Shown piece after piece: positions 31,509 to 40,617 of a stretch of DNA of 64,000 nucleotides. Source of the stretch: Candidatus Falkowbacteria bacterium RIFOXYC2_FULL_36_12. GTDB lineage: Bacteria > Patescibacteriota > Patescibacteriia > UBA11705. The notes below the pieces were generated by a model, which saw nothing but the letters and a program-made list of their open reading frames with translations, was not told where the DNA came from and did no database searches. A program made the position numbers and the translations under genes. The first letter of the stretch is position 1. Each line of letters opens with the position of its first letter. Location: assembly GCA_001778235.1 (NCBI GenBank), contig MFGJ01000006.1:7121-71120 (forward strand), given 5' to 3'.

Positions 31509-34298
31509 ATGGCAGAAGAAAAAAAAGATAATAATGAAGAAAAGTCAGAATTGAACTATCTGGTTTGTGATTCGTGCAATGGAAAAGGTTTTCTGCAGAA
31601 TGAAAAGTGTCCTAAATGTGGTGGTATGGCAATTGCTGCTCCGTTTTATGGTCGGTTTTTGTATTGGGGTAAAAAAATAGATAATTTAAATATTGTTGTT
31701 GATAGAGCTATCGTTACCATTAACAAAGCAATAAATATTATTTTGGCGGTGATTGGGGTTTTTGGTTTATTTTTCTTGATCTATGTAGCTTATATCAATA
31801 ATTTTAACGAAATATTAACAATAAAATATTGGAATTCGCCATCATATGATAAATCGATTTTTTGGTTTACGATTTTGACTGATTTATATTTATATTATCG
31901 AATTTCAATGCAATCTGGTCCAAGTAAGCAGGTAGTCAGAAAAATATTTTTAAAGCAACCAGAATTACCAGAATTTGTTGATTGGTCATTTGTTCGTAGG
32001 CAATCCAGAAGCAAGTTGGTGGATATTTCTCTGGCTTTTGACAAAGAGTCAATTGAATTGATTGAAACAGCTTGGCAATTGGCTAGAGCTTTGAAACACG
32101 CTGAACTCAAGAGAATACACTTGTTTGCAATGCTTCCGAGTTTTAATGATGGAGCTGTGATATGGGGTCGGCTTGGCATAGATCCAGAGGTTTTCAAGGA
32201 AAAAATGGGTAGGGCGTTCCGTAAATATTCTGATGAAAAAGCCAATCATACTGACATAAGTCATGAAATTTATAAAATTTTAATGAAAGCTTATTTTGAA
32301 GCTTATAATGGTGGTCGGAAAAAAGTTAGTATAACTGAAATCATGTTTGCTTTGGTTGATGTTGATTTGCTTGAAGCGTCAGAAAAGCATGATGACTATA
32401 TTGAGAAAATATTAATTGATTTTGAAATTGATTACCAAAAAGTGATAAATGTTATTGAATGGATTAGACTTCAACGACAATTGCGTGAAGGGTTGCAGAG
32501 ATTTTCAGCCAAAGCACGATATAAACCAAAATCTGGCATGGACAGAGCGATGACTGCGATTGCGACTCCACTGCTCAATCAATTTAGTATTGATTTGACT
32601 TTGCAGGCCAGAAATGGACAGCTTTTTCCCTGTATTGGTCGAGAAAAAGAATTTGAGCAGATTTTTAGAATTATTGAAGGTAGCCGTGATGGAATATTGT
32701 TAACAGGTTTTTCTGGAGTTGGACGAACAACCATATTAAATGGTTTAGCCCAGAGAATGGCGGAAGAAACTGTACCTGATGTGATAAAAGATAAAAGGTT
32801 GGTTAGTATCAGTGTGGCTCATTTGATTAGTGGTGCAGCTCCAGCTGAAGCAGAAGAAAGATTATTAATGGTGGCGGATGAAGTGGTAAAATCAAAGAAT
32901 ATTATTTTAGTGATTGAAGATTTGCATAATTTAGTTGGTGCTGGCGCTGGCAGTGGTGGAACAAGTTTGGATTTGGGCGAAGTTTTTGCTGAAATGGTAA
33001 GAAAGCATTATTTTTATGCATTGGCAACAACTGATCCTGAAAATTTTACAGACCGGATTGAAAGGGGAAGTTTGGGGGAGGTATTTCAGCGAGTACAGGT
33101 CAATGAACTGGAGTTTAATGATGCGATCCAGGTAATTGAAGCTAAAAGTGGACCGATTGAGTACAAGAATAATGTTTTCTTTTCTTATGCTTCAATTGAA
33201 GCTTCAGTTGAGTTGTCAGCAAAATATATTCATGACAAATATTTACCAGAAAAAGCTCTTGATATATTGGAAGAAGTTGCTGTCAAAGTTAGAAAAGATA
33301 GAGGCGCAAGAGCTGTGGTTTCTCGTGAAGATGTGGCTGAAACGATTTCATCAAGTACAGGAATTAAAGTAACAAAAGTGTCTGAAGATGAAAGTCAAAA
33401 ATTATTAAATCTAGAAGATGAGCTTCACAAAAGAGTGATTGGTCAGGAAGAAGCGGTAAAAATGGTTTCTGCCAGCTTACGAAGATCAAGAGCAGAACTT
33501 CGTGATGAAAAACGACCGATTGTAAATTTATTGTTCCTTGGTCCAACTGGAGTGGGAAAAACCGAGTTGGCAAAAGCTGTGGCTGAATCATATTTTGGTC
33601 AGGAAGAGAATATTTTGCGTTTTGATATGAGTGAGTTTCAGGAAAAATCAGCAATTGATAAATTGATTGGGGGTAAAGATGAAGTTGGTGTTTTGACGGA
33701 GGCGGTTCGTAAAAATCCATTTAGTTTAGTTTTGTTTGATGAAGTTGAAAAGGCTCATCCTGATATTTTGAATTTATTTTTGCAGGTGATGGATGATGGT
33801 AGATTAACCGATGGACTTGGGAGGACAATTGATTTTACCAATGTTATTTTAATCATGACCAGCAATGCAGGTGCACAGAGAATCCAGGATGAAATTCAGG
33901 CTGAATTACCGATTGAACAAATAAAAGATCATTTGATAAATGAAGAATTGAAACAAGTGATGAGGCCAGAATTGATTAATCGTTTTGATGGTGTGATTGT
34001 ATTCAAACCGTTGACACAGCTTGAAGTCAATCAGATAGCTGGTTTGATGGCCAAGAAGATTGTCAAAAAATTAGCAGATAAAGAAATTTATCTTACTTTT
34101 ACAGACGAAGCAGTTCATGAATTGGCTGAAGCTGGTTTTGATCCAAAGTTTGGTGCTCGTCCATTGAGACGCGTGATGCAAGAGCGGGTAGATGATATGT
34201 TGGCTAATGCTTTGTTAAAAGGTGAGATAAATAGGCGAGACAAGGTGACTTTGATGCCTGGAGGTGAGTTGAAGGTTGAGAAGGCAGAGGAGATTTAA
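31509..34298 (+). CDS. Clp/Hsp100-family AAA+ ATPase with an N-terminal zinc ribbon and TM segment
   Basis: CDSCNGKG...CPKCGG zinc ribbon, a TM helix near residues 75-95, Clp_N-like repeats, a D1 with an atypical P-loop GFSGVGRTT, and a canonical D2 GPTGVGKTELAKA with sensor motifs. Confidence 0.8.
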   Translation: MAEEKKDNNEEKSELNYLVCDSCNGKGFLQNEKCPKCGGMAIAAPFYGRFLYWGKKIDNLNIVVDRAIVTINKAINIILAVIGVFGLFFLIYVAYINNFNEILTIKYWNSPSYDKSIFWFTILTDLYLYYRISMQSGPSKQVVRKIFLKQPELPEFVDWSFVRRQSRSKLVDISLAFDKESIELIETAWQLARALKHAELKRIHLFAMLPSFNDGAVIWGRLGIDPEVFKEKMGRAFRKYSDEKANHTDISHEIYKILMKAYFEAYNGGRKKVSITEIMFALVDVDLLEASEKHDDYIEKILIDFEIDYQKVINVIEWIRLQRQLREGLQRFSAKARYKPKSGMDRAMTAIATPLLNQFSIDLTLQARNGQLFPCIGREKEFEQIFRIIEGSRDGILLTGFSGVGRTTILNGLAQRMAEETVPDVIKDKRLVSISVAHLISGAAPAEAEERLLMVADEVVKSKNIILVIEDLHNLVGAGAGSGGTSLDLGEVFAEMVRKHYFYALATTDPENFTDRIERGSLGEVFQRVQVNELEFNDAIQVIEAKSGPIEYKNNVFFSYASIEASVELSAKYIHDKYLPEKALDILEEVAVKVRKDRGARAVVSREDVAETISSSTGIKVTKVSEDESQKLLNLEDELHKRVIGQEEAVKMVSASLRRSRAELRDEKRPIVNLLFLGPTGVGKTELAKAVAESYFGQEENILRFDMSEFQEKSAIDKLIGGKDEVGVLTEAVRKNPFSLVLFDEVEKAHPDILNLFLQVMDDGRLTDGLGRTIDFTNVILIMTSNAGAQRIQDEIQAELPIEQIKDHLINEELKQVMRPELINRFDGVIVFKPLTQLEVNQIAGLMAKKIVKKLADKEIYLTFTDEAVHELAEAGFDPKFGARPLRRVMQERVDDMLANALLKGEINRRDKVTLMPGGELKVEKAEEI

Positions 34299-34302
34299 TG
34301 TG

Positions 34303-34345
34303 AGTTGATTAAGTTGATTGAGTTGATTGAGTTGATTGAGTTAAT
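34303..34345. repeat. 9-bp tandem repeat (GTTGATTGA, about 5 copies)
   Basis: Seen directly after the Clp stop codon. Confidence 0.7.
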
Positions 34346-34473
34346 TAAGTTAACTAGTTAATTAAGGAGTGATTAAAAATCGATTTATATTTAAAATAAC
34401 TTTCAGTTTTGAGGGTTATTTTTTTTTGAATGCCAGGGAAGACTACTTTGATACTTTGTCTGAACAGACAGGA

Positions 34474-34900
34474 GACTGTCACGTCATGTATTCTCATTCC
34501 TCACAGATTGTGTGGTTTAGTGTATCCAATCTTATGAATGTTGATAAACCAGTTGCGAATCTTTGCCAGAGACTGTCATGTTATGTATTCTCATTCCTCA
34601 CAGATTGTGTGGTTTAGTGTATTCAATCTTGTGAATGTTGATAAACCAGTTGCGAATCTTTGCCAGAGACTGTCACGTCATGTATTCTCATTCCTCACAG
34701 ATTGTGTGGTTTAGTGTATTCAATCTTGTGAATGTTGATAAACCAGTTGCGAATCCTTGCCAGAGACTGTCACGTCATGTATTCTCATTCCTCACAGATT
34801 GTGTGGTTTAGTGTATTCAATCTTGTGAATGTTGATAAACCAGTTGCGAATCTTTGCCAGAGACTGTCATGTCATGTATTCTCATTCCTCACTGGCTTGA
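34474..34900. repeat. 97-bp tandem direct repeat, 4.4 copies
   Basis: The unit GACTGTCACGTCATGTATTCTCATTCCTCACAGATTGTGTGGTTTAGTGTATTCAATCTTGTGAATGTTGATAAACCAGTTGCGAATCTTTGCCAGA starts at 34474, 34571, 34668, 34765 and 34862 (partial), with only a few point differences. Confidence 0.9.
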
Positions 34901-34984
34901 TTGGTATAGGAACTTCTTGTAAAATGAGTGAGAAGTGTGATGCTTGAAAAAATGGATGATTAGGGGTAAAATACAGGCAATAAT

Positions 34985-36103
34985 ATGACTGTGATAGATT
35001 ATATTTTTGCTTTGGTTTTGAGCTTTATTTTGGCAGGATTTCTGACACCGGCAGTTATTTGGTTTGCCAAGAAAATAAAAGTTTTGGATTATCCGAAAAA
35101 AGAAAGAAAAATTCACAAAAAACCAATACCGCTTCTTGGTGGCTTAGCAATTTTTTTGGCGATAAATATTAGTATAGTTATTTATTATTTTTTTAGTTCA
35201 AGCCTTGTTTATGACAATCTAGTGCCTAAATTTTTGTTAGGAATAATTATTGGTGGATTTTTTGTGATGATTGGTGGTTTTCTTGATGATAAGTTTGATT
35301 TGAATCCCAAATATCAAATTTTATTTCCGGTTGCTGCGATTTTGGCAGTAATTGTCAGCGGAGTTGGAATTGATCAAATGACAAATCCTTTTTCTGGAGG
35401 ATTGTTCCACCTTGATAAATATGTAACAATATTATTTTGGTTTAAGGGGTTGCCATACAAGTTTACACTGCTCGCAGATTTATTTACTTTGATTTGGATG
35501 TTACTGATGATGTATACGACAAAATTGCTTGATGGTCTAGATGGTTTGGTTTCAGGTGTGTCGGTGGTTGGAGGTTTGTTTATTTTTATAACAGCCTTGA
35601 TGAATGATACTGCTCAACCTGATGTAGCAATGCTGGCAATGATAATTATCGGTAGTTTTTTAGCTTTTTTGATTTTTAATTTTAATCCGGCAAAAATATT
35701 TCTTGGAGAAGGTGGTAGTTTGTATTCAGGCTTTATGCTTGGTGTATTGTCGATTATTTCCGGTAGCAAGGTGGCAGTAACTTTGATTGTTATGGGTATT
35801 CCTGTTCTGGATATGTTATGGACCATTATTAGGAGATTAATGGAAGGCAAAAATCCTCTTCGGACTGCTGATCGCAAACATTTGCATTTTCGATTACTTG
35901 ATGCAGGTTTATCAGTTCGACAATCAGTATTTATTTTGTATATTATTTCAATAATTTTCGGTCTAGCAGCCTTGTTTTTACAAAAAATCAGTTTAGGGTT
36001 GACTATTTTAGGGATGATGGTGATATTAACTTTTATTATTATGTCAGGATATTTGTATAAAATTAGGAAAGAAAAGGAAAAAGGTGCACTTGACATATCT
36101 TGA
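34985..36103 (+). CDS. glycosyltransferase family 4 (MraY/WecA-like phospho-sugar transferase)
   Basis: 10-11 TM helices with DDxxD (DDKFDL) and LLDGLDGL motifs. Confidence 0.8.
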   Translation: MTVIDYIFALVLSFILAGFLTPAVIWFAKKIKVLDYPKKERKIHKKPIPLLGGLAIFLAINISIVIYYFFSSSLVYDNLVPKFLLGIIIGGFFVMIGGFLDDKFDLNPKYQILFPVAAILAVIVSGVGIDQMTNPFSGGLFHLDKYVTILFWFKGLPYKFTLLADLFTLIWMLLMMYTTKLLDGLDGLVSGVSVVGGLFIFITALMNDTAQPDVAMLAMIIIGSFLAFLIFNFNPAKIFLGEGGSLYSGFMLGVLSIISGSKVAVTLIVMGIPVLDMLWTIIRRLMEGKNPLRTADRKHLHFRLLDAGLSVRQSVFILYIISIIFGLAALFLQKISLGLTILGMMVILTFIIMSGYLYKIRKEKEKGALDIS

Positions 36104-36126
36104 GAAGTAATGTACTATATTGCTAT
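36091..36126 (+). promoter_or_regulatory. sigma70-like promoter upstream of rplU
   Basis: TTGACA, 17 bp, then TACTAT. Confidence 0.5.
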
Positions 36127-36268
36127 ATTAAATTAAGAAAGTAGTTTCCACAAATTGCCTACCTACGCTGACTTCAGCTTTGGCAGGTGAACAAATTAGC
36201 TACAAATCTACGAATCTAAGAATTAGTATTTGTAATATTTGTAACAATTTGTAGATTTGTAATAAAAT

Positions 36269-36664
36269 ATGACTATTGCTGTAATAAAAACTGGCGGAAA
36301 ACAATATAAAATTAAAGAAAATCAACAGTTGAAAGTTGAGAAATTAGCTGGTGAAGTTGGTGAAAAGATTGTTTTTGACAATGTTTTGCTTGTAGCAGAT
36401 GCCGAAGGCAAAAATGTTCAGATTGGACAGCCAATACTTGAGGTAAAAATTGAAGCTGAAATCATGGAACAAGGCAAAGCAAGAAAAGTATCTGTAGTAA
36501 AGTATAAAGCCAAAACCAGATATCACAAAACTCAAGGGCATAGACAAGCTTTTACCAGAGTAAAGATTTTGAAAATTGGAGCTGGAAGTCTAAGTGTAGA
36601 GAAAAAAGTTGTAGCAAAGAAACCAACAGTAAAGAAAGTGGTAAAGAAGGTAAGTGAAAAATAA
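36269..36664 (+). CDS. rplU: 50S ribosomal protein L21 with a K-rich C-terminal extension
   Basis: MTIAVIKTGGKQYKIKENQ...ILKIGAGS is the canonical L21 sequence. Confidence 0.9.
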   Translation: MTIAVIKTGGKQYKIKENQQLKVEKLAGEVGEKIVFDNVLLVADAEGKNVQIGQPILEVKIEAEIMEQGKARKVSVVKYKAKTRYHKTQGHRQAFTRVKILKIGAGSLSVEKKVVAKKPTVKKVVKKVSEK

Positions 36665-36717
36665 GCAAGAAATAGTTATTTAGATAAAAAATCATCTGTT
36701 CGGATGGTTTTTTGTTG

Positions 36718-36825
36718 TTGACAAGATAAATTAATTGTGATAAATAAGAGTTGTCCTTTACCAGAGGTTCTGGGAAGGGCAGGGTGCGACTAGGCAGCGG
36801 TGCTGCCAAGACAAGGAGGTGTGCG
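36718..36825 (+). promoter_or_regulatory. promoter plus a GC-rich structured 5' leader
   Basis: TTGACA at 36718, 17 bp, then TGaTAAATA. The roughly 80-nt leader is much more GC-rich than its surroundings, contains the hairpin GGCAGCGGTGCTGCC, and ends with an AAGGAGG RBS. Confidence 0.4.
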
Positions 36826-37236
36826 ATGTTCCTTAAATCGGCTTGGCTGACTGCCAATGAATTGGCAGCATTAGCAGCTTTGTATTGTTCAGTACATAAT
36901 TGTGTGGATATCTTGCGAACTATTGAAGAAAAAGATGGTCACGATGTTGATCACTCAAAGAAGACAAAAGTTGTCTCCTTCCGAGAACACTGGTTTAAAG
37001 TGGTTAAAACTAATATAGATGAAAAATCTTTTAATCCAAAGGGGGAGTTGCGGTTTATGGTAGAAATTGAGATTTGTGATGGATATTGGGATTTGCCTGA
37101 AGAAACTTTTGGCAATGGTGGCTGGTTTGCCGGTACAAAGCAAAGTTTGTCGGTGGAAGGTTACTTACTAAAAATGCCGTTTTCTCTTATGAAGCAACTT
37201 TTGGTTTTGACCAATAAGTTTGATATGGAACTCTAA
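36826..37236 (+). CDS. hypothetical protein
   Basis: Start MFLKSAWLT with RBS AAGGAGGTG. The ORF-track N-terminal extension overlaps the GC-rich leader. Confidence 0.4.
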   Translation: MFLKSAWLTANELAALAALYCSVHNCVDILRTIEEKDGHDVDHSKKTKVVSFREHWFKVVKTNIDEKSFNPKGELRFMVEIEICDGYWDLPEETFGNGGWFAGTKQSLSVEGYLLKMPFSLMKQLLVLTNKFDMEL

Positions 37237-37292
37237 TTTTAAATTGAATTAAAAAGACAGAATAAATCTGTCTTTTCTATTTTTAGTGTATT

Positions 37293-37709
37293 TTATTTTG
37301 TTAAGGGATTGAATTGTTGTTTCAACAAATTTTGTTGAGGCAGAAATAGAGGTTGTGGCAGTTTGTCCTCATCCCATTCAAACCATTGCCAGATTTCGCA
37401 TTTGTCAGGTTCCATGATTTTTACTTCACCTGAATCATAGTCTGCCTGCATTATTATGGTGATGTAATGTTTTTCTTCATCAGTGTAGATATCATTAGTG
37501 ACTGCAGAGAATTGAATATTTTTTATATTGATGCCAGCTTCTTCCAGTGTTTCGCGAATAGCGCAATCTTTCCATGATTCACCATATTCCAGGTGTCCGC
37601 CAGGAAAGCACCAAGCTCTTTGGCCGTGCGCACTTTTTCTTTTGCCAAGTAATACTTTGTTATCTTTTATAATACAAACACCTACTCCGACTTTTGGTCG
37701 TTCTGGCAT
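37293..37709 (-). CDS. NUDIX hydrolase
   Basis: Nudix box GGHLEYGESWKDCAIRETLEEAGI. Confidence 0.85.
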   Translation of the reverse strand: MPERPKVGVGVCIIKDNKVLLGKRKSAHGQRAWCFPGGHLEYGESWKDCAIRETLEEAGINIKNIQFSAVTNDIYTDEEKHYITIIMQADYDSGEVKIMEPDKCEIWQWFEWDEDKLPQPLFLPQQNLLKQQFNPLTK

Positions 37710-37739
37710 AATTTTTTTTATTAATTTTATTAGAGAAAA

Positions 37740-37940
37740 TTATTTTTTCTTTTGGAAAAATAAAATGTAAACAATCGGTAAAATACCAACTGTGTTGAAG
37801 ATCATGATGCAAATAAACCAAGCAAGCTGTTTGTGTCCAGCTGATTTCCACAGGCCAATGGCTTTCCAGACAGCGTCCCAGAGCATTAGAGGGATGATTA
37901 GCAGGAGATAGAGTGGATTAAAGGGTAATTCGTCGATCAT
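37740..37940 (-). CDS. small membrane protein (PLDc_N-like, two TM helices)
   Basis: 66 aa, two TM helices and a C-terminal KKK. Confidence 0.35.
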   Translation of the reverse strand: MIDELPFNPLYLLLIIPLMLWDAVWKAIGLWKSAGHKQLAWFICIMIFNTVGILPIVYILFFQKKK

Positions 37941-37966
37941 AGATTTTTATTTTTATTAATAATTAT

Positions 37967-38191
37967 TTATTTTATAAATTTAAATCGAGGAATTAATTCA
38001 TTGTTTACTTCAACAAAATCCGCAAACATTTTTTTTGGTCTGACCCAGATGGCTTGATCGCCAAATTCAGTTGATGGATATAGTGCTTGATAGACAACTA
38101 ATTCTTCCAGAGTTTCTGAATTTTTGGCAAGGCCAATCACCTGATAGTGTTTTCCTTTGAAATGTTGATATTTACCGAGTTTTATATCCAT
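37967..38191 (-). CDS. DUF1653-family protein
   Basis: G.YQHFKG..Y.V...A.NSET.EELVVYQALY...W.RP..MF pattern. Confidence 0.5.
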   Translation of the reverse strand: MDIKLGKYQHFKGKHYQVIGLAKNSETLEELVVYQALYPSTEFGDQAIWVRPKKMFADFVEVNNELIPRFKFIK

Positions 38192-38258
38192 AGTTTTTTC
38201 ATTAATCTTGATTTGCTTCTAGCTACAGTGTTTTCTTCAATCCAGTGTATAAGCAATA

Positions 38259-40088
38259 CTAGTATAATTTCCAAGCTACTGGCAATGTCCCTGTAAAAGA
38301 ATAATCTCCAAACAAGACATCTGTCACTCCCTGTCCCTCGCTTCCTGGAAGCCAGGTCGCTATAACCCCGTCCCAATTTTTAGCATAGTCTTTTATATCC
38401 AATGGGCGTCCAGACACTATTATAACTACGATTTTTTTACTTTTTGCTTTTACTTTTTCTATTGCTAATAGATCTTCAGGACTTAAACTTGGATTAGCAT
38501 TATCTCCCCAACCTTCGGCATAAGGTTTTTCGCCAACAATTGCAATTCCAACATCTGCAAAATCATTTTTGATAGGAAAATCGCCATCTTTATTATATTC
38601 AATCTCCGTATTTTTGGAAACTGCATTTTTTATGGCTTCAAGTATGGTGGTTCCCGAAATACCCTCATTACCATCAATGCCTTGCCACTCCGTTGTCCAA
38701 CCTCCTGCTTGGCGACCTAAATTGTCGGCTGATGAACCAGCCACTATAATTTTTTTCAATGATTTAGATAGAGGTAAGACAAAGTTTGTATTTTTTAATA
38801 ATACTTGAGATTTACGAACTGCTTCCCTGCCTATCTCTCGATGCTGGTCACTACCTATAACCGATAATCCCTCTGGTAGAGCTTGGGGACGGTCAAATAG
38901 ACCTGTCTCAAATTTTACTGTTAAAATTCTTTTAACTGCATCGTCTATTCGTTCTTTTGTTATATCGCCATTAGATAAGGCTTTTTGTATATTAGATATA
39001 AAATCTTTGTATTCAAACGGAGTCATTACCATATCAATCCCGGCATTCACCGCTCTGACCAATGAATTGTATTTATCTGTTTCAATTTGATAAACACCAT
39101 ACCAATCGGAAACGATAAAACCAGAAAATTCCAATTCGTTTTTTATGACCTCTGTTAAAAGGTAATTATTATCAGAGTTTATTTTACCTTGCCAACTGGC
39201 AGTACTTACCATTATAACTCGCGCTCCAGAGGTGATGGCTTTTTGAAAAGGGACCAGGTGTGTTTGCCGTAATGTTTTTTCGTCAATAGTTATATTTCCT
39301 TCTTCTACTTTAAAATTATTATTGCGGGATGTGCCGTATTTCATATCTCCACCACCAATAAAGTGTTTGGGATTAGCCAAGACATTGAAGTAGTCATGTG
39401 ATGAATCTTGTAGCCCCTCTAAATAGGCGACTCCGAGTCGCGCTACATTGTTCGTGTTTGAGCCAAAAGTTTCGTAGGTTTTCCCCCAACGAATATCTTT
39501 TGCCACATCAAGATTCGGGGCAAAATTCCAATATATTCCGGTTGCAGCCATTTCTTCGGCAGTTGCTTTGGCAACCTGTTTGACTAATTCAGGATCTCTA
39601 GTAGCGCCCAAGCCAATGAAATGAGGGAAAATTGTAGCTTCAAGAACATTGCCATGACCATGGACAGCGTCAATCCCATACAAAAGTGGTATGCCTAAAC
39701 AAGTGTCTTTGGCGGCGGATTGGAAATCGTTTATCATTTGAAGCCATGCTAACGGAGTCTCTTGTTTTGGCCCGGCTCCGCCACCGCTTAAGAGTGCTCC
39801 TAAATTATATTGTGTAATATCCTTAAGATCATGGATACTGTTTTTTTCAATCAAAACCATTTGTCCAATTTTTTCCGCGTCGGTCATTCTGTTCATTAAA
39901 TCAGTAACTCTTTCGTCAATAGGTAATGTCTGATTTTGATATGGAAGATTTGTTTGGTGACAACGGATGTCTTTATTGGTGGCTGGTGAAAGTTGTATCT
40001 TGAGAAAAATAAAAACTAACATCGCGACTGAAAGCAGTGTTATAATAATAACTGTAATAAATCTTGAGTGATAAAAATTAGTATTCAT
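38259..40088 (-). CDS. glycoside hydrolase family 3 (BglX-like beta-glucosidase / beta-hexosaminidase), membrane-anchored
   Basis: N-terminal TM anchor, KHFIGGGD, a nucleophile region GFIVSDW, and a C-terminal GH3 domain. Confidence 0.85.
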   Translation of the reverse strand: MNTNFYHSRFITVIIITLLSVAMLVFIFLKIQLSPATNKDIRCHQTNLPYQNQTLPIDERVTDLMNRMTDAEKIGQMVLIEKNSIHDLKDITQYNLGALLSGGGAGPKQETPLAWLQMINDFQSAAKDTCLGIPLLYGIDAVHGHGNVLEATIFPHFIGLGATRDPELVKQVAKATAEEMAATGIYWNFAPNLDVAKDIRWGKTYETFGSNTNNVARLGVAYLEGLQDSSHDYFNVLANPKHFIGGGDMKYGTSRNNNFKVEEGNITIDEKTLRQTHLVPFQKAITSGARVIMVSTASWQGKINSDNNYLLTEVIKNELEFSGFIVSDWYGVYQIETDKYNSLVRAVNAGIDMVMTPFEYKDFISNIQKALSNGDITKERIDDAVKRILTVKFETGLFDRPQALPEGLSVIGSDQHREIGREAVRKSQVLLKNTNFVLPLSKSLKKIIVAGSSADNLGRQAGGWTTEWQGIDGNEGISGTTILEAIKNAVSKNTEIEYNKDGDFPIKNDFADVGIAIVGEKPYAEGWGDNANPSLSPEDLLAIEKVKAKSKKIVVIIVSGRPLDIKDYAKNWDGVIATWLPGSEGQGVTDVLFGDYSFTGTLPVAWKLY

Positions 40089-40249
40089 GGTAATTTATTA
40101 AGATTTTTTATGTCTTGAGTGGAAAAAAGCTCATTTCAGCTAAAAGATGTTTGCGATATATTGTCAGGTTTGCAACAGTCAAACATAAACAAAATATTAT
40201 TGTACTGGGGGTGGAAGTACATTTGTGTGCTGTTGACTGGTATTGGTGG

Positions 40250-40399
40250 TTACAATATTTTTTGACCTTTAATCAGTCTTACAAGCACTACGATAATAGC
40301 TACTACGAGTAGGATGTGGATGAAACCTCCGATTGTGTAGGAAGTAACTACTCCGAGTAGCCATAAAATGATGAGAATGACTGCGATAGTCCAAAGCAT
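40250..40399 (-). CDS. lmo0937-family small membrane protein (49 aa), not in the ORF track
   Basis: MLWTIAVILIILWLLGVVTSYTIGGFIHILLVVAIIVVLVRLIKGQKIL. Confidence 0.5.
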   Translation of the reverse strand: MLWTIAVILIILWLLGVVTSYTIGGFIHILLVVAIIVVLVRLIKGQKIL

Positions 40400-40590
40400 A
40401 TGGTATGTATTAGTGAATAAAATTTTGTTCTTTTAGAATAACTTATTTTGAGTGTAAACAAGATTGAAGTTAGTGCGTTAATTTGTCAATATCTCTTTAT
40501 TTAAGTATAGCACGAGAATTTAATATACTATAGTATAATTTGGTTAGAGAAAAATCTTGGAATCGGATGATTGTTGTTTTTGGATATTAT

Positions 40591-40617
40591 AAAAAACCTT
40601 TGGTCGAAAGGTTTTTT
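40591..40617. terminator. intrinsic terminator (palindromic, bidirectional)
   Basis: AAAAAACCTTT-GGTCG-AAAGGTTTTTT at the 3' end of the 507-aa gene. Confidence 0.6.

Noticed and set aside
34474-34900. Possible CRISPR array, or coding ORFs 34369-34617 and 34732-34947.
   Set aside because: The 97-bp units are contiguous with no spacers. The ORFs simply read through near-identical repeat copies and have no RBS.
36755-36790. preQ1-I riboswitch (AGAGGUUCU matches the B. subtilis aptamer 5' end).
   Set aside because: No downstream CCUCU to close P1 and no A-rich tail, so the 9-nt match is treated as chance.
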